Assembly (NCBI GenBank): GCA_965197585.1
Contig: OZ240215.1
Span: forward strand, 1,440,001-1,504,000
DNA from: Dehalococcoidia bacterium
GTDB lineage: Bacteria > Chloroflexota > Dehalococcoidia > Plut-88900
Length of the DNA stretch: 64,000 bases
Direction of reading: 5' to 3'
Position 1 is the first letter of the stretch. Every line of letters begins with the position of its first letter. Made by a program: the position numbers and the translations under genes. Of the stretch, positions 52,302-61,895 are shown piece by piece. The notes below the pieces were generated by a model. That model had not been told where the DNA came from and did not search any database. It saw only the letters and a list, made by a program, of their open reading frames with translations.

Positions 52302-53444
52302 TCACCCCACCGGCACCCTCCACTTCTCAATCGTTTCCTCATCCAAGTCAATCCCGAACCCCGACCCCTCCGGCACGAGCATGTAGCCGTCCCGAATCTC
52401 AGGCTGCTTCACCGGCAGGTCGTACCACAACGGGTCCCGGTCGGGATCAAGAAAAATCTCAACCGCAATCCCGTGGGGCGCCGACGCCAGAAGATGCAGT
52501 GCAATTTGGGGTTCCTCGTGGTGCGCCATCCCGATACCAAAGGCCCGAGCCATCCCCGCGATTCTTCGCCACTCCGTCACGCCTCCGGCTATCGTCACAT
52601 CCACGTTAAGGATGTCCACTGCTCCCCGAGCCACCAGGTCCCGACACCCATGCCTCGATATCTCACCCTGCCCCGCATTCACGGGTATTCCCTCCCACCT
52701 GACCCGGGCGTTCCCCTCGATCTGATCATGCCACTGCACCGGCTCTTCCAGCCACGCCAGCCCGATATCCCTCGCTCCTCTTGCGAACCGCACCGCCTCC
52801 TCGACAGTCCAGGCCTGGTTCGCATCGACACTGAGCAAGAAGTCTTCACCCCCCACCCGCCGCGCCAGCTTGGTGCGCTCTAAATCCTCCTCTATCGACA
52901 GCTTCCCTACCTTCAGCTTGAGTCCAAGAACTCCCAAGCTCTTGTACGTCTCTATCTCCTCGACGAGACTCTGCATCGGGTCCCCGTCCCGGATATACCC
53001 GCCGATGGCGATAACCCTCACCTTGTCCTGAAACCCGCCCAGCAGCTTATACACCGGCTGTTCCAAAGCCTTCCCCAATGCATCCCACAGCGCATTGTCC
53101 GCTGCCGCAATCGCTTGAGTAACGACAGCGTGCTTACCCATGTTGATTACGTGCAGCCCTCGCCAGGCGAGGTCCACCGGCGCATCCCACATCCTCTCCC
53201 AGTGCCGTTCCACATCCCTCACGTCCTCCCCGACCAGCATCGGCGCAAAAACGTCATTCACAATCTGACAAATCTTGATGTCGTTCTCATCCTCATCCCC
53301 GCCGTAAGTCAGCCCCACCACCCCACCCTCCAACTCCACCCGCGTCACGATAGTATTCCTGCTAGAGATGTAGTACGTCCCCCCATGAAACGGCTCCCTC
53401 AGCCGCCTCACCAGTGGTATCGCCTCAATATGCTTGATCTTCAT
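52302..53444 (-). CDS. Mandelate racemase/muconate lactonising enzyme family protein
   Basis: DNALWDALGK, KLK, VDANQ, WLEEP, GQGE, HHEE. Confidence 0.9.
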   Translation of the reverse strand: MKIKHIEAIPLVRRLREPFHGGTYYISSRNTIVTRVELEGGVVGLTYGGDEDENDIKICQIVNDVFAPMLVGEDVRDVERHWERMWDAPVDLAWRGLHVINMGKHAVVTQAIAAADNALWDALGKALEQPVYKLLGGFQDKVRVIAIGGYIRDGDPMQSLVEEIETYKSLGVLGLKLKVGKLSIEEDLERTKLARRVGGEDFLLSVDANQAWTVEEAVRFARGARDIGLAWLEEPVQWHDQIEGNARVRWEGIPVNAGQGEISRHGCRDLVARGAVDILNVDVTIAGGVTEWRRIAGMARAFGIGMAHHEEPQIALHLLASAPHGIAVEIFLDPDRDPLWYDLPVKQPEIRDGYMLVPEGSGFGIDLDEETIEKWRVPVG

Positions 53445-53481
53445 CTACATCTTTCCCCTACGCGAACCACGCCTATGCCAT

Positions 53482-53568
53482 GTCATCCCGAATCCCCGTT
53501 CTCCATGCGTCATCCCGAGGCCCCGCTCTCCGTGTGTCATCCCGAGGCTCCGCGAGGGATCTAAGGCG
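53482..53568 (+). repeat. Three tandem 27-bp family-A REP heads ending in a full REP
   Basis: GTCATCCCGA at 53482, 53509 and 53536. Confidence 0.8.
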
Positions 53569-53639
53569 TATCAACCGTCACTCTCATATTCCAAACAAGT
53601 CAACGTGTCCGGCTCGCTTAGACAGGCGAAGACCCACCC

Positions 53640-54668
53640 CTACCCGCCCAACTCCCCCCTCACCACCCGGGCCCCGTCTACCAGCGCCTTCAACTTCAAA
53701 TAAGAAATCCACCGGGGCATTTGGAAGAACCCGCAGTCCGGGTTCAAGTGCAGCTTCTCGACAGGCACGTACTTCAACACCTCACGTATCCTCTCCGCCA
53801 CGTCCTCCGCTGTCTCCAGGTAGAAGGACTTTATGTCCACTACGCCGGCGCCCAACTCCTTCTCTCCATCGAACTGCTTCCAGATGTCGCTTTCGCTCAT
53901 CTCCCGGTTGGCGAATTCCAGCACCAGTTGGTCGGCCTTCACGTCGTTCAGAGCGGGGAACATCCAACCGTACGTTCGCTTTCCACGGGGCCTGCTCATA
54001 AGATTGCCGAAACAGATGTGCAGGGCGTGTTTCGCCTTCACGCCATCGATACAAGCGTTGTAAAGCCTCACCCATTCGTCCACCTCACCGGGAACGACTG
54101 CATAGGAAGGCTCGTCCATCTGGATAAATTGCGCCCCCTCCGAGACCAGGGCCTTCAATTCGGCATTGATAACTTCCGCCAGCTGCCAGCAAAGCTCCAG
54201 TTGATTCTTGTAGGCAGTCCCCGGCCTGATGTGGATGGTCATGGTCAAAGGCCCGGGACACGTGACCTTGATCGGCCTGTTCGTATTTGCCTTGGTAAAC
54301 TTGAACTCATCCACAATCCCCAGCCCGGAAGGCAAAGTAACTTTTTCAATCGCGCGGTATCGGGTCGGGGTGTCGTAGCCGTACAGGCCCGTCTTGCGCA
54401 ACGGAGGTTCAATCGCAAGCCCCGTCATCCTCTTCGGAAAGCTCTGCACAAAGTACCACCGACGCATTTCCCCATCCGACACTATGTCTATGCCGGCCCT
54501 CTCCTGGTCAAGGATCGCCATTCTGCACGCATCGTCGTAGACCTCTCTGATGTCGGTCTCGCCGTACTCACCCTGGCCTATCTTTTCCAAGGCAGTGAGG
54601 AGCCAACTGGGATACGCGTAACTCCCGATCACGCTGGTGGGTAAAATTGGAAGAGATTCGCTGCTCAT
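53640..54668 (-). CDS. Cobalamin-independent methionine synthase II (MetE C-terminal-like) family protein
   Basis: VIGSY, SDGEMRR, QMDEP, HICFGN, LEF, NPDCG (Zn ligands). Confidence 0.88.
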   Translation of the reverse strand: MSSESLPILPTSVIGSYAYPSWLLTALEKIGQGEYGETDIREVYDDACRMAILDQERAGIDIVSDGEMRRWYFVQSFPKRMTGLAIEPPLRKTGLYGYDTPTRYRAIEKVTLPSGLGIVDEFKFTKANTNRPIKVTCPGPLTMTIHIRPGTAYKNQLELCWQLAEVINAELKALVSEGAQFIQMDEPSYAVVPGEVDEWVRLYNACIDGVKAKHALHICFGNLMSRPRGKRTYGWMFPALNDVKADQLVLEFANREMSESDIWKQFDGEKELGAGVVDIKSFYLETAEDVAERIREVLKYVPVEKLHLNPDCGFFQMPRWISYLKLKALVDGARVVRGELGG

Positions 54669-54908
54669 GTGCCTGCTCCCTCCTTGTAGTGGCACCAGTT
54701 TATAGGAATCACTTCCCTTCAACAAAACCCTTCTCCTGCTCTTCGTGTCATTCCGAGACAACGCGCTGAAAGTCCGCCGAGGCGGGAGAAATCTAGGACT
54801 TGCCCAACCAACATCTCTACACCTCCTCGCCCCACTCCCCACCCAACATGCGCTATAATCCCTTCGGCCAATTTGATACTAGTCGCACATAGCCGGACGG
54901 AATAGCAC

Positions 54909-56072
54909 ATGTCTAACAAAAACCTGTTCCCCGTATCCGTAGTCGGAAGTTGGGCCCGGCCCCCGTGGGTCGTGCAGGCCCTTCGCAAGAAGCAAGCCGG
55001 TGAACTTTCGCAAGACAAGTTCGACGAAATCGCCGACCAGGCCGTACTCCTGGCCATCAAGTACCAAGAAGACGCGGGAGTCGATATCATCACCGACGGC
55101 GAAATGCGACGGGACAACTTCTACTCCTTCGCAGTCGACAAGCTGAACGGCATGAAGCTCATGAAGGTCTCCGAACTCATGGACTACATGAAGGATCGAG
55201 CCTCCTTCGAAGAGGTGCTCAGGGCCCTGGACGTGCCCGCCTTCGCCATCAAGAGCCCCATTGCCATCGACAAATTGTCGGCCCGCGACGGCCTGGCCCT
55301 GGACGAAGCTGACTTCCTCATGGACCACACCGACAAGCAGACCAAGATCCCCCTCCCCGGCCCCTACCTCCTCACCAAGTCGGCGTGGTTTGAAGGCCTC
55401 TCCGACACCGCTTACCCGGACCAGGAAGACCTTTCCAGGGATGTGATCGGCATCTTGCGGGAAGAGGTACTAAGACTGAAGGAGCGGGGCGTCGACTTCA
55501 TCCAGTTCGACGAGCCCACCCTCTCCCAGGTCGTCTACGGAGACGAAAGCGCCGAGACTTTCATGTGCGCCGCTATGGCCACCCGGAAAGACCCCAGAGA
55601 CGAGCTTGAGTCCGCCGTACGCATGATGAACGAGACGGTCGATGGCATTGATGGCGTCAGGTTTGGCGTACACGTCTGCCGGGGCAACTGGAGCCGCAAG
55701 GAAAACGTCCTGCTTAAGGGTAACTACGGCCCCCTCCTTCCCTACCTCATGGCCATGAACATCCACCAGCTCGTCCTCGAATACGCCACCCCCAGAGCCG
55801 GTGAGATGGAGGTCTTCAAGGAGTTCCGCAACGAAAAGGAGATCGGCCTGGGCGTCGTAAACCCGCGCACCGAGGAAGTCGAGTCTCCCGACCAGATTGT
55901 TGAGCGGGTCCGCGAGGCCCTCGACTACTTCGAGCCCGAGCAGGTTTTCCTAAACCCCGACTGCGGTTTCGGCACCTTCGCCGAGCGCTCCATGAACACC
56001 GACCCCATCGCCTACAAAAAGCTCCAGTCCATAACCGCGGCCGCAGAGAAGCTAAGAGTAGAGTTCGGTTAG
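54909..56072 (+). CDS. Cobalamin-independent methionine synthase II family protein (divergently transcribed)
   Basis: VVGSW, TDGEMRR, QFDEP, HVCRGN, LEY, NPDCG. Confidence 0.88.
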   Translation: MSNKNLFPVSVVGSWARPPWVVQALRKKQAGELSQDKFDEIADQAVLLAIKYQEDAGVDIITDGEMRRDNFYSFAVDKLNGMKLMKVSELMDYMKDRASFEEVLRALDVPAFAIKSPIAIDKLSARDGLALDEADFLMDHTDKQTKIPLPGPYLLTKSAWFEGLSDTAYPDQEDLSRDVIGILREEVLRLKERGVDFIQFDEPTLSQVVYGDESAETFMCAAMATRKDPRDELESAVRMMNETVDGIDGVRFGVHVCRGNWSRKENVLLKGNYGPLLPYLMAMNIHQLVLEYATPRAGEMEVFKEFRNEKEIGLGVVNPRTEEVESPDQIVERVREALDYFEPEQVFLNPDCGFGTFAERSMNTDPIAYKKLQSITAAAEKLRVEFG

Positions 56073-56118
56073 TAACCAGCCCGACCGCCTACAGGTTCGC
56101 CTTTGGAGGAATAACACA

Positions 56119-56640
56119 ATGGCAGAAGAGTTGAATGGGCTCAGGCCCGAAAAGTTAAACGAGATTCTCAACTCCCTCAAAGACCCGGAGGTCAAGAAAG
56201 CCGTCAGCGGTCCCTGGCGTTCCCGAGTAAGGTGGGAGAGCGGCTTCAAGGGCAAGGCCTACACCCGCACCCACACCGTCGAACTTGACGAGCCCGAGGG
56301 TCTTGACGCCACAGACACCGCCGCCTCAGCTCACGAGCACATTCTCTCCGCCGTCGGTGGCTGCATGATGGTCGGCTTCGTCCTCAACGCTACCAAGCGC
56401 GGCATCAAGATCAACGACCTTGAAATCGCCCTCGAAGGCCACTTCGACAACATCCTCAAGTGGGCCGGCCTCGATGACGGTAACCCCGGCTACGGCAAAA
56501 TCAACGCCAAGGTCTACGTCTCCGCCGACGCCGATGAAGACGCTCTCAGAGAGGTCTGGAAGCTCGCCGTCGAAGGCTCCCCCGTTGCCAACACCGTGGC
56601 CCGCGCCACGGAGATCATCCCCGAGTTCGAAAAGATATAA
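56119..56640 (+). CDS. OsmC-like family protein
   Basis: LDEPEGL..TD, ILSAVGGC, RGIKINDLEI, GSPV; GGAGG RBS. Confidence 0.8.
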   Translation: MAEELNGLRPEKLNEILNSLKDPEVKKAVSGPWRSRVRWESGFKGKAYTRTHTVELDEPEGLDATDTAASAHEHILSAVGGCMMVGFVLNATKRGIKINDLEIALEGHFDNILKWAGLDDGNPGYGKINAKVYVSADADEDALREVWKLAVEGSPVANTVARATEIIPEFEKI

Positions 56641-56733
56641 GTCCTTGCCTGCTATCTCTCCTTGGAAAAACAGAGTTGTCGGAGATTGCGTTGCAGTCTC
56701 CGACAACTTAATTCTTAATGAGAAGGTGGGGAT

Positions 56734-57513
56734 ATGAGCCCTGTAACCTGGGTAACCCCCCACTGGGTCCGCGAGCACCTCGCTGACCCCGACTTCATCC
56801 TCCTGGACCCCCGGCGCCCGATGAAGTACATGTCGGGCCACCTCAAAGGGGCTGTAAACCTTCCCGTATATACCGCGTTCGACGAAGAAGCTCGCCTCAT
56901 GGACCCCGAGCCCCTGGCTCGCTGGGCCGCCGACGCGGGCTTCACCAACAATCGCACCCCTCTCCTCTACGATTCCGTTGACGGTCAGACCGGTGCAATG
57001 CTGTCTTGGGTTCTCCAGTACCTCGGCTGCCCGGAAGTCCTGCTGATGGACACCTTCTTCGAAGGCTGGGCCAAGGCTGGCGGAGAGGTTTTCTACCGCC
57101 CCGTCCCCTCCACCCCCGCCGAATTCTCACCCACGCCCAACGAATCGATCAGGGCTCGGTGGGAGGATGTCTCACAGGCTTCCAACGCCTCGCTCATAGA
57201 CTTTAGAAGCGAGCTTGAATACTTAGGGAAGGACGGCGAGGAGGGGGCCGGAGGCCACGTCCCTGGCGCCAAGCACCTCGAGTGGCGCTCTTTGGTTGGT
57301 GAAAACAACTCTTACCTCGCCCCCGACGACACCCTTGCCTCGATGCTAAGTCCTCTAGCCGCCGACTCAGGCGATGTCGTCACCTATTGCCGCACCGGGC
57401 CCCGAGCCTCCCTCGGATTCCTCGCCCTCTCGAAGCTCGGCTACACTCCCAAGCTCTACGACGGCTCCATCACCGACTGGCTCCGCCACAACGGCCCTCT
57501 GGAAACCTCTTAG
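56734..57513 (+). CDS. Tandem-domain rhodanese (sulfurtransferase)
   Basis: GHLKGA, GHVPGA, active loop YCRTGPRA, LYDGSITDW. Confidence 0.9.
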   Translation: MSPVTWVTPHWVREHLADPDFILLDPRRPMKYMSGHLKGAVNLPVYTAFDEEARLMDPEPLARWAADAGFTNNRTPLLYDSVDGQTGAMLSWVLQYLGCPEVLLMDTFFEGWAKAGGEVFYRPVPSTPAEFSPTPNESIRARWEDVSQASNASLIDFRSELEYLGKDGEEGAGGHVPGAKHLEWRSLVGENNSYLAPDDTLASMLSPLAADSGDVVTYCRTGPRASLGFLALSKLGYTPKLYDGSITDWLRHNGPLETS

Positions 57514-57562
57514 GTCACCACGTCCCGTAGAGGCGACCGGCTGGTCGCCCTCCTATTACCCC

Positions 57563-58645
57563 TCAATTCACCGCAAACCCATACAACGCCGCCGAGTTCT
57601 CCCTCACGATCTTCCTCTTCGCATCCTCGCCGATTCCGGCAAACTGCTTCTCCACAACCTCACGAGAATGGGGCCACGTGCCCTCGTGGTGGGGGTAGTC
57701 ATTGCCCCACAGCAGCCTTTCGGGGCCGTAGTATCCCAACGTGGTCATGGCGACCGGGTCGTCCCCGAAAGTAACGTAGCCCTGCCGCTTGAAATACTCA
57801 CTGGGCAGCATGTCCAGCTTGGGCCGGGCGTACATGTGGTGCTTCTGATAAGCCTCGTCCATCGCGTGGAGCTCCCATGCCAGCCACCCCGCCCCCGACT
57901 CCACAATAACGAAGTCCATCTTTGGATGGTCCATCAGCACGCCTGAGGAGCACAGGTAGACCAGCAGCTCAATCCCGTCCACCAGTGCGCCCATGATGTA
58001 GTTGATCACCGCTCCCCCCGGACCCCGCTCCACCCTCGGGTCCCGACCGCTGCTAATGTGGAAGTTCAGCGGAACGCCCGTCTCTTCCACCGTTTCCCAA
58101 ATCGGCTTGTATTCGACACGGTTGTAAGGCGGGTCCACGACGCTCGGCAGGAAGAACGATCCCATCCCCAACCCCGCCGCCCGGCACATCTCCTGGCACG
58201 CCCAGGGGATGTCGATGACCGGGATCAAAGCTGCCATGGCGAACCGGTCCCTCCGGCTGCCGAACAATTCCGTCGTCCAGTCGTTATAGACCCGTGCCAC
58301 TTCACCCTGGAACTCGGCGTCAGGGGAGCAGGCCATTTCCAACCCGAACGTGCCGGGATAGACCACCTCCGCCCCCACACCATCAATGTCCTGTGCGTTG
58401 AGCCTGTATCCCACGTCCCAACCTTGCAGCCGACCCTGCTCCCTCAGCTTGTCCTCATCCGTCTTTTCGTCCGATCCCATCGCCATCTTCTTCGGCCGCA
58501 TGCCATCCTGGATCATCAGCCGCTTTCCGTCCCGCACCTCGATATGCGGGGCCTTGTGCCGAAGGTGGACGGGTAGCCTCTCCTGCCAAAGTTCCAGTGG
58601 CTCATCCACGTGTGAGTCCGCCGATATCAGCTTATCTTCAAACAT
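57563..58645 (-). CDS. Amidohydrolase_2 family protein, close paralog of 7760-8839
   Basis: ISADSHVDEPL, NFHISSGRDPRVERGPGGA, LWGNDYPHHEGTWP. Confidence 0.9.
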   Translation of the reverse strand: MFEDKLISADSHVDEPLELWQERLPVHLRHKAPHIEVRDGKRLMIQDGMRPKKMAMGSDEKTDEDKLREQGRLQGWDVGYRLNAQDIDGVGAEVVYPGTFGLEMACSPDAEFQGEVARVYNDWTTELFGSRRDRFAMAALIPVIDIPWACQEMCRAAGLGMGSFFLPSVVDPPYNRVEYKPIWETVEETGVPLNFHISSGRDPRVERGPGGAVINYIMGALVDGIELLVYLCSSGVLMDHPKMDFVIVESGAGWLAWELHAMDEAYQKHHMYARPKLDMLPSEYFKRQGYVTFGDDPVAMTTLGYYGPERLLWGNDYPHHEGTWPHSREVVEKQFAGIGEDAKRKIVRENSAALYGFAVN

Positions 58646-58867
58646 ATCCCTCTCCTGCATCCAGAAATAACACTATTGTTGATGCCCCACTTTAGCATGT
58701 CCCTACCCTTCCCTAAGCCTCATAATATTCGTAATTCTAGTAATTGCAATGTCATCCCGAGGCTCCGCGAGGGATCTAAAGCACTTGCCTGGTATCCACC
58801 CATCATTGCGCCCAACAGGCACCGATCCCCTCTAGCCTCTTTAGACCAGACCCCTTATCATCCCACC

Positions 58868-60337
58868 ATGTCCAGAAAGACCGGCTACCAGTCCAGACTC
58901 ACCACCCCCGAAGAAGCCGCCGGAGTCGTCAAGTCCGGCGACCTCGTCTACATCCCCGCCCCACCCCACCCCCAGGCCCTCATCCAGTCCCTCGCAGACC
59001 GCCGCGACAAGCTCCGCAACGTAAAGGTCTGCATAGACAGCCACGTCTTCGATCCCGGCTGGCTCCAACCCGGTTGGGGCGATTCCTTCTACATCGTCAC
59101 CGAGCAGTTCTTAGGCTTGGGCATCGACGCCTACAACGACCATCATATAGATTACTCGCCCCTTCTCAACACAACCCGTATCCCCAGCCTCATCGCAAAA
59201 GGCGTCCCCAAGCCCATCGACGTCCTCCTCATCCTGGTCTCGCCCCCTGACACCAACGGCTTTTGCAGCTTCGGCTACGCCCCCTGGGACAAGGCCAAGT
59301 TGGCCAGTCTGTCCAAGATCGTCCTGGCCCAGGTCGAAGAGACCCAGATCCGCACTCACGGGTCCAACTACATCCACGTTGATGACATCGACATGATCGT
59401 CGAGCACACAGATCCCCTCCTCTCCGACGAAGAGGCCACCCAAACCATATGCTCCTCCTCAGACCACACCGTCCGCTCGCTCCTTACGGCCCTGCTCCCT
59501 AAAATGAGCCAGGACGAGCGTACCCGCTATCTCCCCCAGTTGGCCGTCCTCACTGCAAAGCAGGTACGAACCTTCGCCTCCCGTATGGGCTGGACTGAGC
59601 CTCCTGAAATCGCAAGGTCCGTCGCCGACTATGTCGCAGAGTTAGTCCCGGACGGTGCGACATTGCAGACCGGCATAGGAACTCCCGGCGGATATCTTCC
59701 AATGCTAGGCGCTTTCGACGGCAAGCAGGACCTCGGTTGGCACTCAGAATTGGTCGCTCCCGGGGCCCTTTCTTTGATAGAGCAAGGCATTTTCACCGGG
59801 GCCCTAAAGACCATCCACCGCGATAAGGCTATCTTCACTTGCCTGCACGGCGCAACCGCCCCCGAGATCGAGTTCGCCCATAACAATCCCGCCATTGAGC
59901 TCCTCCCCTCCGACTACGTAGTCAACGCCCGAACCATCTCCCAGCACGACAACATGGTCTCCATAAACAATGCCCTCTCCGTCGACCTCACCGGCCAGAT
60001 CAACGCCGAGACCGTCTTCGGAGACAGGCAGATTAGCGGCACCGGCGGACAACTCGACTTCCAGTTGGGCGCAATCATGTCCAATGGCGGTCGGGCCTTG
60101 ACCCTCCTCTGGTCTACGGCCCTCGAAGGCGCAGTGTCTCGGATCGTTCCCCAGCTGGAGGAACGCAGCGTCGTCACCGTGCCCCGCACCTTCGCCGACA
60201 CCATAGTCACCGAATACGGTGTCGCCCGGCTCCTCGGCAAGTCCATCCGTGAGCGGGCACAGGAACTCATCAATGTCGCCCACCCCAACTTCCGCCCCGA
60301 ACTCAAAAAAGCCGCCGAGCGCCTCTTCTATCCCTGA
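58868..60337 (+). CDS. Acetyl-CoA hydrolase/4-hydroxybutyrate CoA-transferase family protein
   Basis: VSPPDTNGFCSFG, LQTGIG, HSE (catalytic Glu), SGTGGQLDF, IVTEYGVA, VAHPNFR. Confidence 0.88.
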   Translation: MSRKTGYQSRLTTPEEAAGVVKSGDLVYIPAPPHPQALIQSLADRRDKLRNVKVCIDSHVFDPGWLQPGWGDSFYIVTEQFLGLGIDAYNDHHIDYSPLLNTTRIPSLIAKGVPKPIDVLLILVSPPDTNGFCSFGYAPWDKAKLASLSKIVLAQVEETQIRTHGSNYIHVDDIDMIVEHTDPLLSDEEATQTICSSSDHTVRSLLTALLPKMSQDERTRYLPQLAVLTAKQVRTFASRMGWTEPPEIARSVADYVAELVPDGATLQTGIGTPGGYLPMLGAFDGKQDLGWHSELVAPGALSLIEQGIFTGALKTIHRDKAIFTCLHGATAPEIEFAHNNPAIELLPSDYVVNARTISQHDNMVSINNALSVDLTGQINAETVFGDRQISGTGGQLDFQLGAIMSNGGRALTLLWSTALEGAVSRIVPQLEERSVVTVPRTFADTIVTEYGVARLLGKSIRERAQELINVAHPNFRPELKKAAERLFYP

Positions 60338-60592
60338 TTTCCTCTCCCCATCCATCATTCCGGTCTCCGAGATCCGGGATTCATCCCCTAGGGTGGCGAG
60401 GCGGAGTGACCCCTACTTGGGGCGGGGCCGCTCACCCTGAGCAGGGTCGAAGGGTCGAGCGGGGGGCGGCACACCTTTGCTAATCCGTCGCACTCATCCT
60501 ACACAGCTCCCCAAGCATGACCCCACCCAATCCCCAGTGGTAATATGTACCTATCCAACCTTGCTGGAAGTAGCGATTAGGAACTATCTAAA

Positions 60593-61885
60593 GTGCGCGT
60601 TAAACTGGCCTACGGCACCAAGGCCCTGACCATCGATCTCCCCCCCGACCGAACAACGGTCATCGAGCCCGACTACCCCACACCCCTCCCCAACCCTGAA
60701 GCCGCCATCCTTCACGCTCTCCGCAACCCAATAGACTCCCTCCCACTCCGGCAACTTGTCCACGCGACCCAATCCGTAGCCATCTCCGTCTGCGACGTGA
60801 CCCGACCTGTTCCCACTGCCGCCATTCTCCCAGTCCTCCTCAGCGAGCTAAGCCACGTTCCCAAGGACCGGATAACCGTCCTGGTTGCCACCGGCACTCA
60901 CCGCTCCAACTCCCCCGAGGAACTCGAAAGAATGCTCGGGCCCGAGATTGTCAGGGACTATCCCGTCATCTGCCACAATGCCTTCGACCCAGACTCCCTC
61001 GTCCCCGCCGGCCCATCCATCGACGGCGTGCCAGTCCTGCTCAACCGGCGCTGGGTGGACTCCGACATCTGCATAACCCTCGGCCTCGTCGAGCCCCATT
61101 TCTTCGCCGGGTTCAGCGGCGGTCCCAAGATGGTCGCCCCCGGCCTCGCGGGCGTCGACACAATCATGAAGCTCCACTCCGCCCCCCTCATCGGCCACCC
61201 CGATGCTACCTGGGCCGTCACCGAGGGCAACCCCGTCCACGATGCTATTCGACGCATCGCCCGGGACACGGGTGTGACCTTCAGCATCGACGTAACTGTG
61301 GACGACGCACATCGCATCACCAGCGTACATGCCGGGGAACTCTTCGCCGAGCATGCCGACGCCTGCCGCTTCGCCCGCAGTGTCGCCATGCGCCCCACAT
61401 CCGAGCCCTTTGATGTCGTGATCACCACCAACAGCGGCTATCCCCTGGACCTCAACCTCTACCAGGCTGTGAAGGGCCTCTCCGCCGCCGCCCAGGTAGT
61501 CAAGCCTGGTGGCTCGATAATCTGTGCGGCCGAGTGTCGGGACGGCATCCCCGACCACGGCGACTACAAGTCTCTCCTAACTTCCCGACAGTCCCCCGGC
61601 GATCTGCTCTCAATGGTCGAGGCGCCCGGTTTCTCCCGCCAGGACCAGTGGCAAGTCCAAATCCAGGCCCGGGTCCAGCTAAAGGCCCGCGTCTACCTCA
61701 AGTCCGATTTCCTGACCCCCGAGCAGATTGAAGCAGCCCACATCCACCCCGTCTCCAACCTGCAGGCCACCGTGGATGAAGTTATAGATTCCTACGGCCC
61801 CCAGGCCACCATTTGCGTGCTGCCCCAGGGGCCTCAGACCATAGCTTACGTCGACCAGCCTATGCTGGCCGGCATGAGCGCGTGA
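60593..61885 (+). CDS. larA: Nickel-pincer-dependent lactate racemase LarA family protein
   Basis: DVTRP, ATGTHR, EPHFFAGFSGGPK, GYPLDLNLYQAVKG, ECRDG, DQWQ. Confidence 0.88.
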   Translation: MRVKLAYGTKALTIDLPPDRTTVIEPDYPTPLPNPEAAILHALRNPIDSLPLRQLVHATQSVAISVCDVTRPVPTAAILPVLLSELSHVPKDRITVLVATGTHRSNSPEELERMLGPEIVRDYPVICHNAFDPDSLVPAGPSIDGVPVLLNRRWVDSDICITLGLVEPHFFAGFSGGPKMVAPGLAGVDTIMKLHSAPLIGHPDATWAVTEGNPVHDAIRRIARDTGVTFSIDVTVDDAHRITSVHAGELFAEHADACRFARSVAMRPTSEPFDVVITTNSGYPLDLNLYQAVKGLSAAAQVVKPGGSIICAAECRDGIPDHGDYKSLLTSRQSPGDLLSMVEAPGFSRQDQWQVQIQARVQLKARVYLKSDFLTPEQIEAAHIHPVSNLQATVDEVIDSYGPQATICVLPQGPQTIAYVDQPMLAGMSA

Positions 61886-61895
61886 GGTTCTTATC

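Noticed and set aside
53482-53568. Possible mini CRISPR array
   Set aside because: The 27-bp period leaves no unique spacers, the units are REP fragments, and there are no cas genes in the window.
54669-54908. SAM riboswitch between the MetE-like genes (also cobalamin, Moco/Wco or guanidine riboswitches before the mutase, aor and ureohydrolase genes)
   Set aside because: No consensus elements recognised by eye, and the structure here is a family-A REP; an Rfam scan would be needed to exclude them fully.
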